Shown here one piece after another: positions 41,333 through 52,166 of a stretch of DNA of 64,000 bases. The notes under the pieces were generated by a model, which saw nothing but the letters and a program-made list of their open reading frames with translations, had not been told where the DNA came from and searched no databases. Positions within the stretch are counted from its first letter, which is position 1. Each line of letters begins with the position of its first letter. The stretch is from an uncultured bacterium (GTDB lineage Bacteria; Omnitrophota; Omnitrophia; Omnitrophales; Abzuiibacteriaceae): the NCBI GenBank assembly GCA_964387845.1, contig CAYLXA010000002.1, positions 128,001 to 192,000 on the forward strand, in the 5' to 3' direction. The translations under genes were made by a program, and so were the position numbers.

Positions 41333-41721
41333 ACTATTGGCAAACTTTGATATCTGAAAAAAGCTGGGCGTGGTCGGTGGTCGCGTTGGTGTGGCTGATC
41401 GTGATGTTAATCGTGCGCCACATGCTCCTGCGTTATATTTTTGTGGAATTAAAACGCGTTAACAAAGAAATCCGGTCGCAGGTCCAAAGAATTTATTTGC
41501 CCAGGTCTATTCTGGGATGGCTGCTCTTTTTGCTTGGTATTGCGCTAGGTACCGTGATTTGTTTAGACCCGGGCTTTATGGGCGGTCATTTGGCGCTTTT
41601 CCAGCTTCAGGTGTTGTGCATTGCCATTTTAGCGGCTTCGATTTTCGCGCATACCCACGCCTATACGGACGCTATTTTAAAAGTCGTGGTCGAGCATTTT
41701 GGGGTGGAGAAGCCTTCCTGA
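41329..41721 (+). CDS. Hypothetical 3-TM membrane protein embedded between hisA and hisF
   Basis: ATGA overlap with the hisA stop and TGATG overlap with the hisF start. Three hydrophobic helices; no recognisable domain. Confidence 0.5.
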   Translation: MNYWQTLISEKSWAWSVVALVWLIVMLIVRHMLLRYIFVELKRVNKEIRSQVQRIYLPRSILGWLLFLLGIALGTVICLDPGFMGGHLALFQLQVLCIAILAASIFAHTHAYTDAILKVVVEHFGVEKPS

Positions 41722-42479
41722 TGCTCGCAAAGCGCATTATTCCGTGCCTGGACGTACGTGACGGGCGAGTAGTGAAAGGCGTTCGCTTTATTGATTTGAT
41801 TGACGCCGGCGATCCGGTCGCATGCGCGAAAGCCTATGATAAAGCCAAGGCTGACGAGCTGGTTTTTTTGGACATCACCGCCTCGCACGAGCGGCGCTCG
41901 ACCTTGATTCGAATTGTCGAAAAAGTTGCTGAATCAATCTACATTCCGTTTACGGTAGGTGGCGGCATCCGGAACGTGGAAGATATCCGAGCATTGCTGA
42001 AAGCCGGCTGCGATAAGGTATCGCTCAACACAAAAGCAATCGAAAATCCGAATTTGGTACGCCAAGCCAGTAAAAGGTTTGGAAGCCAGTGTATCGTGGT
42101 CGCCATTGATGCCAAGCAAAGCGCGCGCAATCGCTGGACGGTTTACACACACGGCGGGCGTAATCCAACCCGGTGGGATGCTGTCAAATGGGCGAAGCAT
42201 GTTGAAAAGCTCGGCGCAGGCGAAATTTTGCTTACCAGCATGGATTGTGATGGCACAAAAAATGGTTATGATTTGGCATTAACCCGGGCGGTTTCATCCG
42301 CCGTTCGAATTCCGGTGATTGCCTCCGGCGGCGCGGGAAAGTTGCAACATCTGCATGACGCATTCACAAAAGGAAAAGCGGATGCGGTTTTAGCGGCTTC
42401 GATTTTCCATTTTGGAAAATTTACGATACCGGAAGCCAAACAATATTTGAAAAAGAAAAAAGTAGAAGTCAGGCTTTAA
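41721..42479 (+). CDS. hisF: Imidazole glycerol phosphate synthase cyclase subunit
   Basis: [21 protein letters not shown]-terminus and conserved HisF barrel motifs. The ORF-track start at 41517 is an artifactual upstream extension. Confidence 0.9.
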   Translation: MLAKRIIPCLDVRDGRVVKGVRFIDLIDAGDPVACAKAYDKAKADELVFLDITASHERRSTLIRIVEKVAESIYIPFTVGGGIRNVEDIRALLKAGCDKVSLNTKAIENPNLVRQASKRFGSQCIVVAIDAKQSARNRWTVYTHGGRNPTRWDAVKWAKHVEKLGAGEILLTSMDCDGTKNGYDLALTRAVSSAVRIPVIASGGAGKLQHLHDAFTKGKADAVLAASIFHFGKFTIPEAKQYLKKKKVEVRL

Positions 42480-42502
42480 TTGGATACTGAGAAAGGATTT
42501 CA

Positions 42503-42874
42503 ATGATTAAGTTCAAGTTTAATGAAGACGGTTTAATGCCGGCCATCGTGCAGGAAAAAAAGACGGGGCAAGTCTTGATGCTGGCTTACGTCAACAAAAA
42601 GTCCCTCCAAGTTATGATGAAGAAGAAGTATACGTATTTTTATTCACGCTCCCGCAAAAAATTTTGGATGAAAGGTGAAACTTCAGGGCATGTACAAAAA
42701 GTGCTTTCAATTAAAACCGATTGCGACCGCGATACGATTCTCATTGAAGTAGAGCAGGTCGGTGCGGCGTGCCACTTGGGCTATCACTCCTGCTTCGTTC
42801 ACTTGTTAGACGCCAAAGGCAACATCAAACGCGTCACCGAAAAGCGCGAATTTGACCCAAAGTCGATTTATTAA
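42503..42874 (+). CDS. hisI: Phosphoribosyl-AMP cyclohydrolase (no HisE domain)
   Basis: [16 protein letters not shown]...[11 protein letters not shown]...[10 protein letters not shown] signature. Confidence 0.85.
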   Translation: MIKFKFNEDGLMPAIVQEKKTGQVLMLAYVNKKSLQVMMKKKYTYFYSRSRKKFWMKGETSGHVQKVLSIKTDCDRDTILIEVEQVGAACHLGYHSCFVHLLDAKGNIKRVTEKREFDPKSIY

Positions 42875-44358
42875 TGAACATCCAGCCGGACTACGCTCAA
42901 TTTACCAAGCTCGCCGCACAGGGAAATCTCATCCCTGTGTTTGCCGAAGAGTTGGCCGATCTTGAAACGCCGGTATCTTTGTTTCTTAAAATTGCCGGAA
43001 AAGATCCCCACGCTTTTCTGCTTGAATCCGCCGAATATGAGGAAAGTATCGGGCGCTACTCCTTGGTTGGCGCTCAGCCCGGCTCCGTGATTGAATTAAA
43101 GAAAAACCTCTTCACGGTCAAGAGCGCCGGCAGGTTAAAACGGATCAAAATCACATCCAAAGAAGACGCGTTAAGCGCATTTAACAATATTCTCAAATCT
43201 TACCGCTTTGTTCGAAATCCGAAACTGCCGTCGTTTGTCGGCGGCTTTGTTGGATTTCTGGGCTATGAATTCGTGACGTTTTGTGATGATATTCGCCTAC
43301 GGAGCAAACCCGGACTCGGCACGCCGGATGCCTTACTCCTCATGACGCAGAATTTGGCAGTGTATGATCACTTCGAACACAAGATTAAGTTAATCCATCT
43401 CGCGGATACCCGCACAAAATCGCCCAAGCAGGCATATACGGACGCAGAATACGCAATCAAAACCATGCAGCATAAAATCAACACGCAGCGAATACCCGCA
43501 GCACTGGAAGCAACTCGAAAAAAATCGAAATCTGTTGCAATTAAATCCAATGTTACCAAAAAGACTTTCACCGCGAGTGTCGGAAAGATCAAAGCTTACA
43601 TACGAGCCGGTGATTGTATTCAAACTGTTCTATCTCAGCGTTTCGAGCTCCCTCGAATCAAAAATGATTTTGCGGTCTACCGGGCGCTTAGGTCGCTTAA
43701 TCCATCGCCGTACATGTTTTATTTTCGGAGCGGTTCGCTGCGGCTAGTGGGCTCATCCCCGGAAATGCTGGTCAAAAAGCAGGGGAGCACGGTCGAAACG
43801 CGTCCGATTGCCGGCACGCGCCCGCGCGGCCACGACGAAACATCCGACAAGCGGCTGGAAGAGAATTTAAAAGCCTCTAAAAAGGAAATGGCGGAACATC
43901 TCATGCTGGTTGACCTTGGAAGGAATGATTTGGGCCGCGTCTGCGATTACAAAAGTGTCAAAGTCCGGCACTTTGCCCAAGTCGAGCGTTTTTCTCACGT
44001 CATGCATTTGGTCAGCCATGTCGAAGGCAGGGCGCTTAAAAATAAAAGCCCGATGGAAATCATCAGCGCCTGTTATCCGGCCGGGACCGTTTCAGGAGCT
44101 CCGAAAATTCGTGCCATGCAGATTATTGATGAACTGGAACCCGAAAAGCGCGGGCCTTATGCGGGTGCCGTCGGTTACATCGGTTTTGACGGCGATTTTG
44201 ATCTTTGCATCACGATTCGTACAATTCTCATCGATGGCAAAAAAGCGTTTGTGCAGGCAGGTGCGGGAATTGTCAACGATTCAAATCCGGAAAAAGAATA
44301 CCAAGAAACAATCAACAAAGCCCGGGCGCTCATGCGTGCTGTCGAAATGGCAGGCTAA
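42874..44358 (+). CDS. trpE: Anthranilate synthase component I
   Basis: Chorismate-binding-enzyme C-terminal motifs ([30 protein letters not shown]). The start overlaps the hisI stop (TAATG). Confidence 0.9.
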   Translation: MNIQPDYAQFTKLAAQGNLIPVFAEELADLETPVSLFLKIAGKDPHAFLLESAEYEESIGRYSLVGAQPGSVIELKKNLFTVKSAGRLKRIKITSKEDALSAFNNILKSYRFVRNPKLPSFVGGFVGFLGYEFVTFCDDIRLRSKPGLGTPDALLLMTQNLAVYDHFEHKIKLIHLADTRTKSPKQAYTDAEYAIKTMQHKINTQRIPAALEATRKKSKSVAIKSNVTKKTFTASVGKIKAYIRAGDCIQTVLSQRFELPRIKNDFAVYRALRSLNPSPYMFYFRSGSLRLVGSSPEMLVKKQGSTVETRPIAGTRPRGHDETSDKRLEENLKASKKEMAEHLMLVDLGRNDLGRVCDYKSVKVRHFAQVERFSHVMHLVSHVEGRALKNKSPMEIISACYPAGTVSGAPKIRAMQIIDELEPEKRGPYAGAVGYIGFDGDFDLCITIRTILIDGKKAFVQAGAGIVNDSNPEKEYQETINKARALMRAVEMAG

Positions 44359-44360
44359 CC

Positions 44361-44930
44361 ATGTTGCTCATGATCGATAACTACGATTCGTTCACGTATA
44401 ACCTCGTTCAATATTTTGGTGAATTGGGTGTCAAACTCAAAGTATTCCGGAACGACAAAATCTCAATTGCTCAAATCAAGCGCCTAGGCCCTACCAAGAT
44501 CGTGATTTCGCCGGGACCCTGCTCACCGAAAGAAGCGGGGATTTCCAATGAAGTCATCGCCTCTTTCAGTGGAAAGCTGCCGATTCTGGGTGTCTGTCTT
44601 GGGCATCAGTGCATCGGCCACGTTTTTGGCGGAAATGTGATCCGCGCCGCACGGATTATGCACGGCAAAACATCCGAAATTCATCATTCAAAAAAGGGTA
44701 TCTTCAAAGGAATGCCCGAGCCCTTTCAGGCCACGCGCTACCATTCGCTTCTAGTCGAGCGAAAATCGTTTCCGGAAGCATTGGACATCACGGCGTGGAC
44801 AAAAGAGAAAGAAGTGATGGGTCTCCAGCACAAAAAGCATGCAACCTTCGGCGTTCAATTTCATCCGGAGTCGATTCTAACCGAGCAGGGAAAACGGCTT
44901 CTCGCGAATTTCCTTAAAGTAAAAGGTTGA
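44361..44930 (+). CDS. trpG: Anthranilate synthase component II / aminodeoxychorismate synthase glutamine amidotransferase
   Basis: [19 protein letters not shown]-terminus, GVCLGHQ active-site Cys, HPES. The ORF-track start at 44205 is an upstream extension overlapping trpE. Confidence 0.9.
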   Translation: MLLMIDNYDSFTYNLVQYFGELGVKLKVFRNDKISIAQIKRLGPTKIVISPGPCSPKEAGISNEVIASFSGKLPILGVCLGHQCIGHVFGGNVIRAARIMHGKTSEIHHSKKGIFKGMPEPFQATRYHSLLVERKSFPEALDITAWTKEKEVMGLQHKKHATFGVQFHPESILTEQGKRLLANFLKVKG

Positions 44931-44997
44931 TTGACCGCTCGATATCTGCTGTAAAAAAAATCCCCCATTTTCTCGAATTGTGTTAAAATTACACACT

Positions 44998-46035
44998 ATG
45001 GCATTGGACAAAATAATTGATAAGCTATTGCTATATAACGACTTAGAGAATTCAAAGGCCCGCTTTGCCTTTCAGAATCTTCTAAACGGCAAATTGGACC
45101 AAAAGACAGCCAAAGCTCTCTTGGTTTTGCTCCGCCGAAAGGGTGAGACCGCCACCGAACTTTTTTCACTCATTCAGGCCGCTCGAATGAAAAACGGCAA
45201 ACGTGTCACGGTCCGAAGCAAGCAAAAAAATCTTTGCGATGCTTGTGGAACCGGCGGTGATGGGCAAAAAACATTCAATGTGTCGACGATTTCAAGCCTG
45301 GTTGCGGCCGGCGCAGGCGCCAAGATCGCTAAACACGGCAACCGTTCGATTACATCCAGCTGTGGGAGCTCGGATTTAATGGAAGCGCTTGGTGTCAAGC
45401 TCGACGCAACGCCAAAAGCCATCGCGCGTTCAATTGATCGATCCGGCATCGGTTATTTTCACGCCCCGCTTCACAGCAAAGCCTTTGCCAATGTTCAGGG
45501 AATTCGAAAGGAATTGGCGGCGCAAAAAATTAAAACCATTTTTAATATGGCCGGGCCCTTGCTGAATCCATTGCATGTAAAACGTCAAGTTGTTGGTGTT
45601 TATCATCCGCGAATGATTCCGATTGTTCTGAATACACTCAAAAAACTTGGCACAGTTCATGCAATCGTACTTTCCGGAAAAAATGGAACCGATGAACTCA
45701 CAACCTATCAACCGACTTTTACGGGTGAATTAAAAAAGGGCATCGTGCGGTATTTTAAAATCAATCCGAGCGCTTACGGTTTACGCACTGCAAACATCGC
45801 GCTCATGCGCGGCGGAAGTGCGGCAAAAAACCTCAAAATCGCCCTTGATCTACTAACCGGCCGTGACAAAAGCGCCCGCCGTGATGTGATTCTCGCAAAT
45901 GCGGGCCTCATTTTATATGTAAGTCAAAATGCCAAAAATTTACATGATGGAATCCGGAGGGCTGATCGGGCTCTCAAGTCCGGCAGGGCTCTGCGCGTCA
46001 TCGCTGAAATGAAAAAGGCAACCCATGCTGCTTGA
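44998..46035 (+). CDS. trpD: Anthranilate phosphoribosyltransferase
   Basis: DACGTGGDGQKTFNVST and KHGNRSITSSCGSSD motifs. ATG 44998; the ORF-track 44980 is a GTG extension. Confidence 0.9.
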   Translation: MALDKIIDKLLLYNDLENSKARFAFQNLLNGKLDQKTAKALLVLLRRKGETATELFSLIQAARMKNGKRVTVRSKQKNLCDACGTGGDGQKTFNVSTISSLVAAGAGAKIAKHGNRSITSSCGSSDLMEALGVKLDATPKAIARSIDRSGIGYFHAPLHSKAFANVQGIRKELAAQKIKTIFNMAGPLLNPLHVKRQVVGVYHPRMIPIVLNTLKKLGTVHAIVLSGKNGTDELTTYQPTFTGELKKGIVRYFKINPSAYGLRTANIALMRGGSAAKNLKIALDLLTGRDKSARRDVILANAGLILYVSQNAKNLHDGIRRADRALKSGRALRVIAEMKKATHAA

Positions 46036-46822
46036 TAAAATTGTTGCCAATAAAAAGCGCGAAATTGAAATTTTGAAGCGCCGCCGGCCCGTTTCTGAAT
46101 TGAAAAGACTTGGTGCCGAACGGCCGCATTCGGTGATTTCATTTCGAAAACAACTCCAATCGAGCGGAAAGCGAGCTAAACTTATCTGCGAGATGAAAAA
46201 AGCATCACCTTCGGAAGGCTTGATGCGGCGTGTGTATTTGCCCAGAAAAATTGCGGCGATTTACGAACGTGCCGGCGGCAGCGCCATTTCGGTTCTGACC
46301 GATCAAAAATATTTCAAGGGCTCTATTCACACGATTCGTCATATAAAAGCAGTGACAAAGCTTCCGGTTTTACGGAAGGATTTTCTGGTGGATGATTACC
46401 AGATTTATGAATCAGCAGCGTTTGGCGCTGATGCGATTTTGTTAATTGTCGCAATTTTATCGGATCAAGAATTGGCCCGGCTCCTTAAGCTTGCAAAAAA
46501 ACTCCGATTAGACGCACTGGTTGAAGCACACAACGAATCGGAAGTAAAACGCGCGGTTCGCGCCGGAGCAAACTTAATCGGAATTAATAACCGGAATTTG
46601 GATACACTCAGCATCAACTCAAAACATGCGGAAACGTTGATGAAGTTGATTCCCAAAAATGTGACCATTGTGGTCGAGAGCGGAATTCACACGCGGAAAG
46701 ATATCGAACGCTACCAAAAACTGGGCGCTCACGCGTTCCTCGTCGGAACGGCGTTTATGAAAGCGCCGGATATTTCAAAAAAAATGAGAGAGTTGATCGG
46801 AAACCATGGAACAGCCGTCTAA
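46025..46822 (+). CDS. trpC: Indole-3-glycerol phosphate synthase
   Basis: IAEMKKASPSEG, GINNRNL and ESGI motifs. Confidence 0.9.
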   Translation: MLLDKIVANKKREIEILKRRRPVSELKRLGAERPHSVISFRKQLQSSGKRAKLICEMKKASPSEGLMRRVYLPRKIAAIYERAGGSAISVLTDQKYFKGSIHTIRHIKAVTKLPVLRKDFLVDDYQIYESAAFGADAILLIVAILSDQELARLLKLAKKLRLDALVEAHNESEVKRAVRAGANLIGINNRNLDTLSINSKHAETLMKLIPKNVTIVVESGIHTRKDIERYQKLGAHAFLVGTAFMKAPDISKKMRELIGNHGTAV

Positions 46823-47438
46823 AATAAAAATTTGCGGGAATACAAACCTCAAAGATGCGGAGCTGGCCAAACAGCTGGGCGCCGATTTTCTCGGGTTTAT
46901 TTTCGCCAAAAGTCCGCGCAAAATCGAACCGCGCGATGCCGAGCCTATCATCCGCGCACTCGGTAATTTTGAAAATTTTGTTGGTGTTTTCGCCAATCAA
47001 CCCAAGCAGGAAGTCGAACAAATCGCATCCCAACTTCAGCTGAAATGGCTCCAGTTCCACGGTGAAGAAACAAGCCGCTATTGCGATTACTTCACGGAAA
47101 AGAAATACAAAGTGATTAAATCATTTAGGATCAAAGATAGGCTCAGCCTAAAACGGCTTGACGAATACAACGTCGACGCCTTTTTGTTTGATACCTATTC
47201 TGCCAAATCATTGGGCGGGACCGGTGAAACCTTTGACTGGACCATTATTGACGACAAGCCGCATGTCCGTGACAGGTTATTTTTGGCCGGCGGGCTTTCG
47301 GTGGATAACGTTCAAGAAGCAATCCGGAAAACGCAGCCCTACGCCATTGATGTCGCAAGCGGCGTTGAAAAAGAGCCGGGCAAAAAAGATCCTGCTTTGC
47401 TTCGAAAATTCATGGAACTTGCAAGGGGAGTGAAATAA
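46806..47438 (+). CDS. trpF: N-(5'-phosphoribosyl)anthranilate isomerase
   Basis: KICGNTNLKDA...GADFLGFIF N-terminus, LAGGLSVDNV C-terminal motif. Confidence 0.9.
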   Translation: MEQPSKIKICGNTNLKDAELAKQLGADFLGFIFAKSPRKIEPRDAEPIIRALGNFENFVGVFANQPKQEVEQIASQLQLKWLQFHGEETSRYCDYFTEKKYKVIKSFRIKDRLSLKRLDEYNVDAFLFDTYSAKSLGGTGETFDWTIIDDKPHVRDRLFLAGGLSVDNVQEAIRKTQPYAIDVASGVEKEPGKKDPALLRKFMELARGVK

Positions 47439-47441
47439 CCC

Positions 47442-48632
47442 ATGGCAAACCGTCATTTCTTGACCAAAGCGATTGAAAAAATCGGAAAAGTCGACAAGCA
47501 AAATTTAGAACAGCTTGTCATCAGTCTCCGCCATGAGGCGCATTTTCTGCATGAATTGCTGAGCCGTATCCAGGAAGGCGTCATGGTGGTCAGCTCAAAA
47601 CTTGAAGTCAGATTTTTAAACCGAAAAGCCCAGCTCATTGTCGGCAGCTCCAGCCTTCTCAGGCATCACGAAACCGTGCGGGACATTGTCGAGGACGAAG
47701 GGCTCCGAGCGTTGATTGAAAAAACGGTTGAATCCGGCCAAGAAATTTATGACACCCCGGTCGATTTGTACATTCCGCGGCACGCCCAGCTCAATGTGTC
47801 CATTTTAAAATTTGAGCCAAGCCCCGGTGAAGCGCAAACCGAATGGAAAAAATTCTATATCGTCTTATTAACCCGGCAATCGGCTGCCGAAGAGCGGGAG
47901 CTTGAAAGAGCGCGCCACGAAAAAATGAATTCAGTCATCAGTCTGGCGGACGGCATTGCGCATGAAATCGGAAACCCGCTCAATTCAATCAATATTCATT
48001 TGCAACTGCTTTTAAGCGACATCGAGAAACTTCCGAAAAAAGAGCAGGCCGCGATTCGAAAAACCGCGCAAATCGTAGCGGATGAAACCAAGCGGCTGGA
48101 TTCAATTATCCGTAATTTCTTAAAAGCAAGCCGCCGAAAACCGATTGAATTCCGATCAACTCAGATCAACGACATTCTGAATCACGTTCTCGAGCTTTTA
48201 AAACCCGAAATCGTCAACAATCGGATTCAAGTAAAAACTTCTTTTGATTCTGCGCTGCCCAAATTTTTAATTGATGAAGACCGTTTGAGCCAAGTGTATG
48301 TGAATTTGATGCGCAATGCCATTCAGGCCATGCCGAAGGGCGGAAGGCTTGCAGTCTCGACGCAGATGCATAAGCGGCTTTGTATCACACAAATCGCAGA
48401 CACCGGAGTCGGCATTTCGAAAAAAGACATCCCAAAAATTTTTGACGCGTATTACACCACCAAAGAAGAGGGGAGCGGTTTGGGCTTGATGATTGCTTAC
48501 CAAATCATCGGGGAGCACGGTGGAAAAATCGAAATTGAAAGCAAATTGGGCAAAGGAACGGTCGTCACGGTCCTTCTACCGATCCGGACTGAAAAGCTGC
48601 AGCTCACCGGCCCAAAAAGGAGCAGGGAATAA
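47442..48632 (+). CDS. Cytoplasmic PAS-type sensor histidine kinase (NtrB-like)
   Basis: No TM helix. H-box ADGIAHEIGNPLNSINIHLQLL, N-box LMRNAIQA, and G1/G2 boxes (DTGVGI, GSGLGL). Confidence 0.8.
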   Translation: MANRHFLTKAIEKIGKVDKQNLEQLVISLRHEAHFLHELLSRIQEGVMVVSSKLEVRFLNRKAQLIVGSSSLLRHHETVRDIVEDEGLRALIEKTVESGQEIYDTPVDLYIPRHAQLNVSILKFEPSPGEAQTEWKKFYIVLLTRQSAAEERELERARHEKMNSVISLADGIAHEIGNPLNSINIHLQLLLSDIEKLPKKEQAAIRKTAQIVADETKRLDSIIRNFLKASRRKPIEFRSTQINDILNHVLELLKPEIVNNRIQVKTSFDSALPKFLIDEDRLSQVYVNLMRNAIQAMPKGGRLAVSTQMHKRLCITQIADTGVGISKKDIPKIFDAYYTTKEEGSGLGLMIAYQIIGEHGGKIEIESKLGKGTVVTVLLPIRTEKLQLTGPKRSRE

Positions 48633-50021
48633 ATGGAACATTTAAACAGCGGTATTTTGATTGTCGACGATGAAAAGAATACGCGTGAAGGGCTTCAGCG
48701 ATTTTTGGAGCAAAAGGGCTATGAAGCCCATGTTGCAGAAAATGGCGAAGAAGCGCTCAAGCTGGCCAAAGAACTCAATCCGGACATCACGCTGCTGGAT
48801 CTCCGCATGCCCGGAATGGACGGCATGCACTTGCTTCACCGGCTCAAAGCCGGACATCCAAAAATGGTTGTACTCATGCTGACTGCGTACGGGACCGTTG
48901 AAACGGCGGTTCAAGCCATGAAGGCCGGTGCGTATTACTACCTAACAAAACCGGTCAATTTGGATGAGCTGGAACTCATTCTCCGAAAAGCGATTCGCGA
49001 GCAATCGCTCGAGCATGAAAATCAGAATTTACGCCAAGATTTAATCCGCGAAAAGTTTGAAGAAGGAAAAATCGTAGGCGAATCGCCTGTGATTAAAAAA
49101 TTAATCGACATGGCCAAACAAATCGCAGGTTCCGCCGCTACGGTTTTGATTCAAGGCGAAAGCGGAACGGGAAAAGAACTGTTTGCGCATATGATCCATG
49201 ATCACAGCCCCCGAAAAGGCAAGCCATTCATCACGGTTCATTGCGCGGCGCTCACCGAAACTTTGCTTGCCAGCGAACTCTTCGGACACGAACGCGGTGC
49301 ATTTACCGGTGCAACGGAGCGAAAAATCGGCCGGTTTGAACGCGCTGACAGCGGGACGCTTTTCCTGGATGAGATCGGCGAAATTTCGGAAGAAACGCAG
49401 GTGAAGCTTCTCAGGTTTCTTCAAGAAGGCGAATTTGAACGCGTCGGAAGCTCTAAAACCATGAAAGTTGATGTGCGCCTAATTTGCGCAACCAATAAAG
49501 ATTTGAAAAGCGAAGTCGCCGCCGGGCGATTTCGTGAAGATTTATTTTACCGGATCAATGTTATTCCGCTGACTATTCCACCGCTTCGAGAACGCGGCCA
49601 GGATATTCCGCTTTTAGCGAATTATTACGTCCGTTATTTCAGCCGGCAAAATCAGAAAAAAATCTCAGGCATAGCACCGGAAGCATTGCAAAAACTGCAA
49701 AGCTACTCCTGGCCCGGCAACATCCGTGAACTCCGCAATATCATTGAGCGGGCAGTGGTGTTGGCCAAATCGGATAAAATCGAACTTCAAAATATTCCCG
49801 ATGACTTGGAGGGTTCTTCTGTGATTAAACGGCCTTCGGAATCGCTGCAAAAAGCGGAAACCGATAACGGTGTCCGGCTCACAGCGCTTGAAAAATTGGC
49901 CATTGAACGCGCACTGAAAAATGTTAACGGCAACAAATCTTTAGCCGCCAAAGAACTTGGCATTTCACGCCGAACGCTTTATCGCAAGCTTGAAGAATAC
50001 AACATTGGTGATTCAAAATGA
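48633..50021 (+). CDS. Sigma-54-dependent response regulator (NtrC family: REC + AAA + Fis HTH)
   Basis: REC domain with the phospho-acceptor D in [11 protein letters not shown]; Walker [15 protein letters not shown] motif and the ESELFGHE region; C-terminal HTH ([12 protein letters not shown]). Confidence 0.9.
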   Translation: MEHLNSGILIVDDEKNTREGLQRFLEQKGYEAHVAENGEEALKLAKELNPDITLLDLRMPGMDGMHLLHRLKAGHPKMVVLMLTAYGTVETAVQAMKAGAYYYLTKPVNLDELELILRKAIREQSLEHENQNLRQDLIREKFEEGKIVGESPVIKKLIDMAKQIAGSAATVLIQGESGTGKELFAHMIHDHSPRKGKPFITVHCAALTETLLASELFGHERGAFTGATERKIGRFERADSGTLFLDEIGEISEETQVKLLRFLQEGEFERVGSSKTMKVDVRLICATNKDLKSEVAAGRFREDLFYRINVIPLTIPPLRERGQDIPLLANYYVRYFSRQNQKKISGIAPEALQKLQSYSWPGNIRELRNIIERAVVLAKSDKIELQNIPDDLEGSSVIKRPSESLQKAETDNGVRLTALEKLAIERALKNVNGNKSLAAKELGISRRTLYRKLEEYNIGDSK

Positions 50022-50040
50022 CACACTCTCGTTGTGTCAT
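50018..50040 (+). promoter_or_regulatory. Perfect 8-bp inverted repeat (atgacaca-N7-tgtgtcat) spanning the regulator's stop codon
   Basis: Read directly. No U-tract follows, so this may be an operator or an RNA hairpin rather than an intrinsic terminator. Confidence 0.3.
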
Positions 50041-50215
50041 CCCGACAAAATCTGCCAAAAATATTCTCCAATCAAAATCTGACTATACATAAGTCATTTA
50101 TTAACAATAACTTACATAAATTAATATTTACAATCGATTTGGCATGTAATTTGTTCTAATAGAGATAAGATTTGGGCTGTCAAAATAAGCAAAATTGAAA
50201 AGGAGCGGTACTGAA

Positions 50216-52144
50216 ATGGCAAAAATTTTAGGCATTGACCTCGGAACAACAAACTCATGCATGGCCGTGATGGAAGGCGGGGAAGCGAAAGTAATCGCCA
50301 ACAAAGAAGGGAACCGGACAACACCTTCTGTTGTGGGATTTTCAAAATCAGGCGAACGCTACGTCGGACAAGCCGCCAAGCGCCAGGCAATCACCAATCC
50401 TGAAAATACAGTGTTCAGCGCAAAACGGTTCATCGGACGCCGGACCAGTGAAGTCGATCGCGAAGTAAAATTGGTTCCTTACAAAATCGCATCAGGCAAG
50501 CACAGCGAAGCAGTGTTCAATATTGCAGGTCGCGAATATACGCCGCCCGAAATTTCGGCGATGGTTTTGCAAAAACTCAAAAGCGACGCGGAAGCTTACT
50601 TGGGTGAAAAAATAGAAAAAGCAGTCATCACAGTTCCCGCTTACTTTAACGACTCACAGCGCCAAGCCACCAAAGATGCGGGCCAAATTGCTGGGCTCGA
50701 GGTAGTTCGCATTATCAATGAACCTACCGCAGCTGCGCTCGCATACGGACTTGATAAAAAGAAAGACGAGCGCATCGCGGTTTACGATTTGGGCGGCGGC
50801 ACGTTCGACATTTCTATTTTGGAGCTGGGCGACGGTGTTTTTGAAGTCAAAGCCACGAACGGCGACACACATCTGGGTGGCGACGATTTCGATCAGCGCG
50901 TCATCGAATGGCTCATTGCCGAATTCAAGAAGCAGGAAGGAATTGATTTGTCAAAAGACCGCATGGCGCTTCAACGGTTAAAAGAAGCCGCCGAGAAGGC
51001 CAAATGCGAACTTTCCACATCACAGACATCCGAAATCAATCTGCCGTTCATTACGGCTGATGCCACAGGCCCCAAACATTTGGTTGTGTCGCTTTCGCGT
51101 GCCAAATTAGAGCAGCTGGTTCAGGACTTAATTGAACGCACTGCAGGCCCTTGCGAAAAATGTCTGCGAGATTCCGGAATTTCAGTGGATAAAATCGACG
51201 AAGTCATTTTGGTCGGCGGACAAACCCGGATGCCGGCTGTGATCGACATGGTGAAGAAAATTTTCAAAAAAGATCCGCATCAGGGGGTCAATCCCGATGA
51301 AGTCGTGGCGGTCGGTGCCGCGATTCAAGGCGGCGTTTTGGCCGGCGAAGTGCGTGACGTGCTGCTTTTAGACGTAACACCGCTTTCTCTTGGCATTGAA
51401 ACGTTGGGCGGAGTGATGACAAAGTTAATCGAACGAAATACCACAATTCCGACTAAAAAATCCGAAATTTTCTCGACGGCAGCCGACAATCAAACCGCTG
51501 TCACAGTGAAAGTGCTGCAAGGGGAGCGGGAAATGGCAAACGATAACCGCGTGCTGGGACTTTTCAATTTAGAAGGCATTCCGCCGGCACCGCGCGGCGT
51601 TCCTCAGGTTGAGGTAACGTTTGATATCGACGCCAACGGTATTGTTCATGTTTCGGCAAAAGATCTCGGAACCGGGAAAGAACAAAAAATCCGGATCGAA
51701 TCATCTTCCGGTCTCAGCAAAGACGAAGTCGAAAAACTCGTCAAAGAAGCGCAAACACATGCCGCGGACGATAAAAAGAAGCACGAACTGATTCAGTCGC
51801 GGAACAATCTCGACAATTTGATCTACGCCACCGAAAAGAGCTTGAAAGATTATGGCGACAAGGTAAGCGCAGATGAAAAGTCAAAGATTGAAGAGGCGCT
51901 CAAAGAAGCAAAAGAGACATTGAGCAAAGACGACGCGGAACTCCTCAAAAAAGCCGCTGAAAAACTGGCCGCCGCCTCGCACGGAATCGCGCAAAAGATG
52001 TATGAGGATGCCGCGAAAAAGCAGGGCGCTAAGGCCGGTGATCAACCTCAGGGAGAAGCGGGTTCTGAGAGCGGTAAAAAAGGTGATGTGGTCGACGCAG
52101 ATTTTGAAGTCGTCGATGAGGATGAAAAGAAACGCAAATCCTGA
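50216..52144 (+). CDS. dnaK: Molecular chaperone DnaK (Hsp70)
   Basis: [22 protein letters not shown] and the Hsp70 signatures. AAGGAG SD 8 nt upstream; the ORF-track 50195 is an extension. Confidence 0.95.
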   Translation: MAKILGIDLGTTNSCMAVMEGGEAKVIANKEGNRTTPSVVGFSKSGERYVGQAAKRQAITNPENTVFSAKRFIGRRTSEVDREVKLVPYKIASGKHSEAVFNIAGREYTPPEISAMVLQKLKSDAEAYLGEKIEKAVITVPAYFNDSQRQATKDAGQIAGLEVVRIINEPTAAALAYGLDKKKDERIAVYDLGGGTFDISILELGDGVFEVKATNGDTHLGGDDFDQRVIEWLIAEFKKQEGIDLSKDRMALQRLKEAAEKAKCELSTSQTSEINLPFITADATGPKHLVVSLSRAKLEQLVQDLIERTAGPCEKCLRDSGISVDKIDEVILVGGQTRMPAVIDMVKKIFKKDPHQGVNPDEVVAVGAAIQGGVLAGEVRDVLLLDVTPLSLGIETLGGVMTKLIERNTTIPTKKSEIFSTAADNQTAVTVKVLQGEREMANDNRVLGLFNLEGIPPAPRGVPQVEVTFDIDANGIVHVSAKDLGTGKEQKIRIESSSGLSKDEVEKLVKEAQTHAADDKKKHELIQSRNNLDNLIYATEKSLKDYGDKVSADEKSKIEEALKEAKETLSKDDAELLKKAAEKLAAASHGIAQKMYEDAAKKQGAKAGDQPQGEAGSESGKKGDVVDADFEVVDEDEKKRKS

Positions 52145-52166
52145 CTTGTAGAATTTAGGATGGAAT

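Noticed and set aside
44931-44997. TGTGT-taaaatt-ACACA inverted repeat just before trpD as a Trp repressor operator
   Set aside because: Only 5-bp arms around an AT core. There is no similarity to the TrpR box and no second copy elsewhere in the window.
50022-50215. CIRCE/HrcA operator or sigma-32 promoter upstream of dnaK
   Set aside because: I searched by eye for TTAGCACTC-N9-GAGTGCTAA and CTTGAAA/CCCCAT and found neither. Only weak sigma-70-like hexamers are present.
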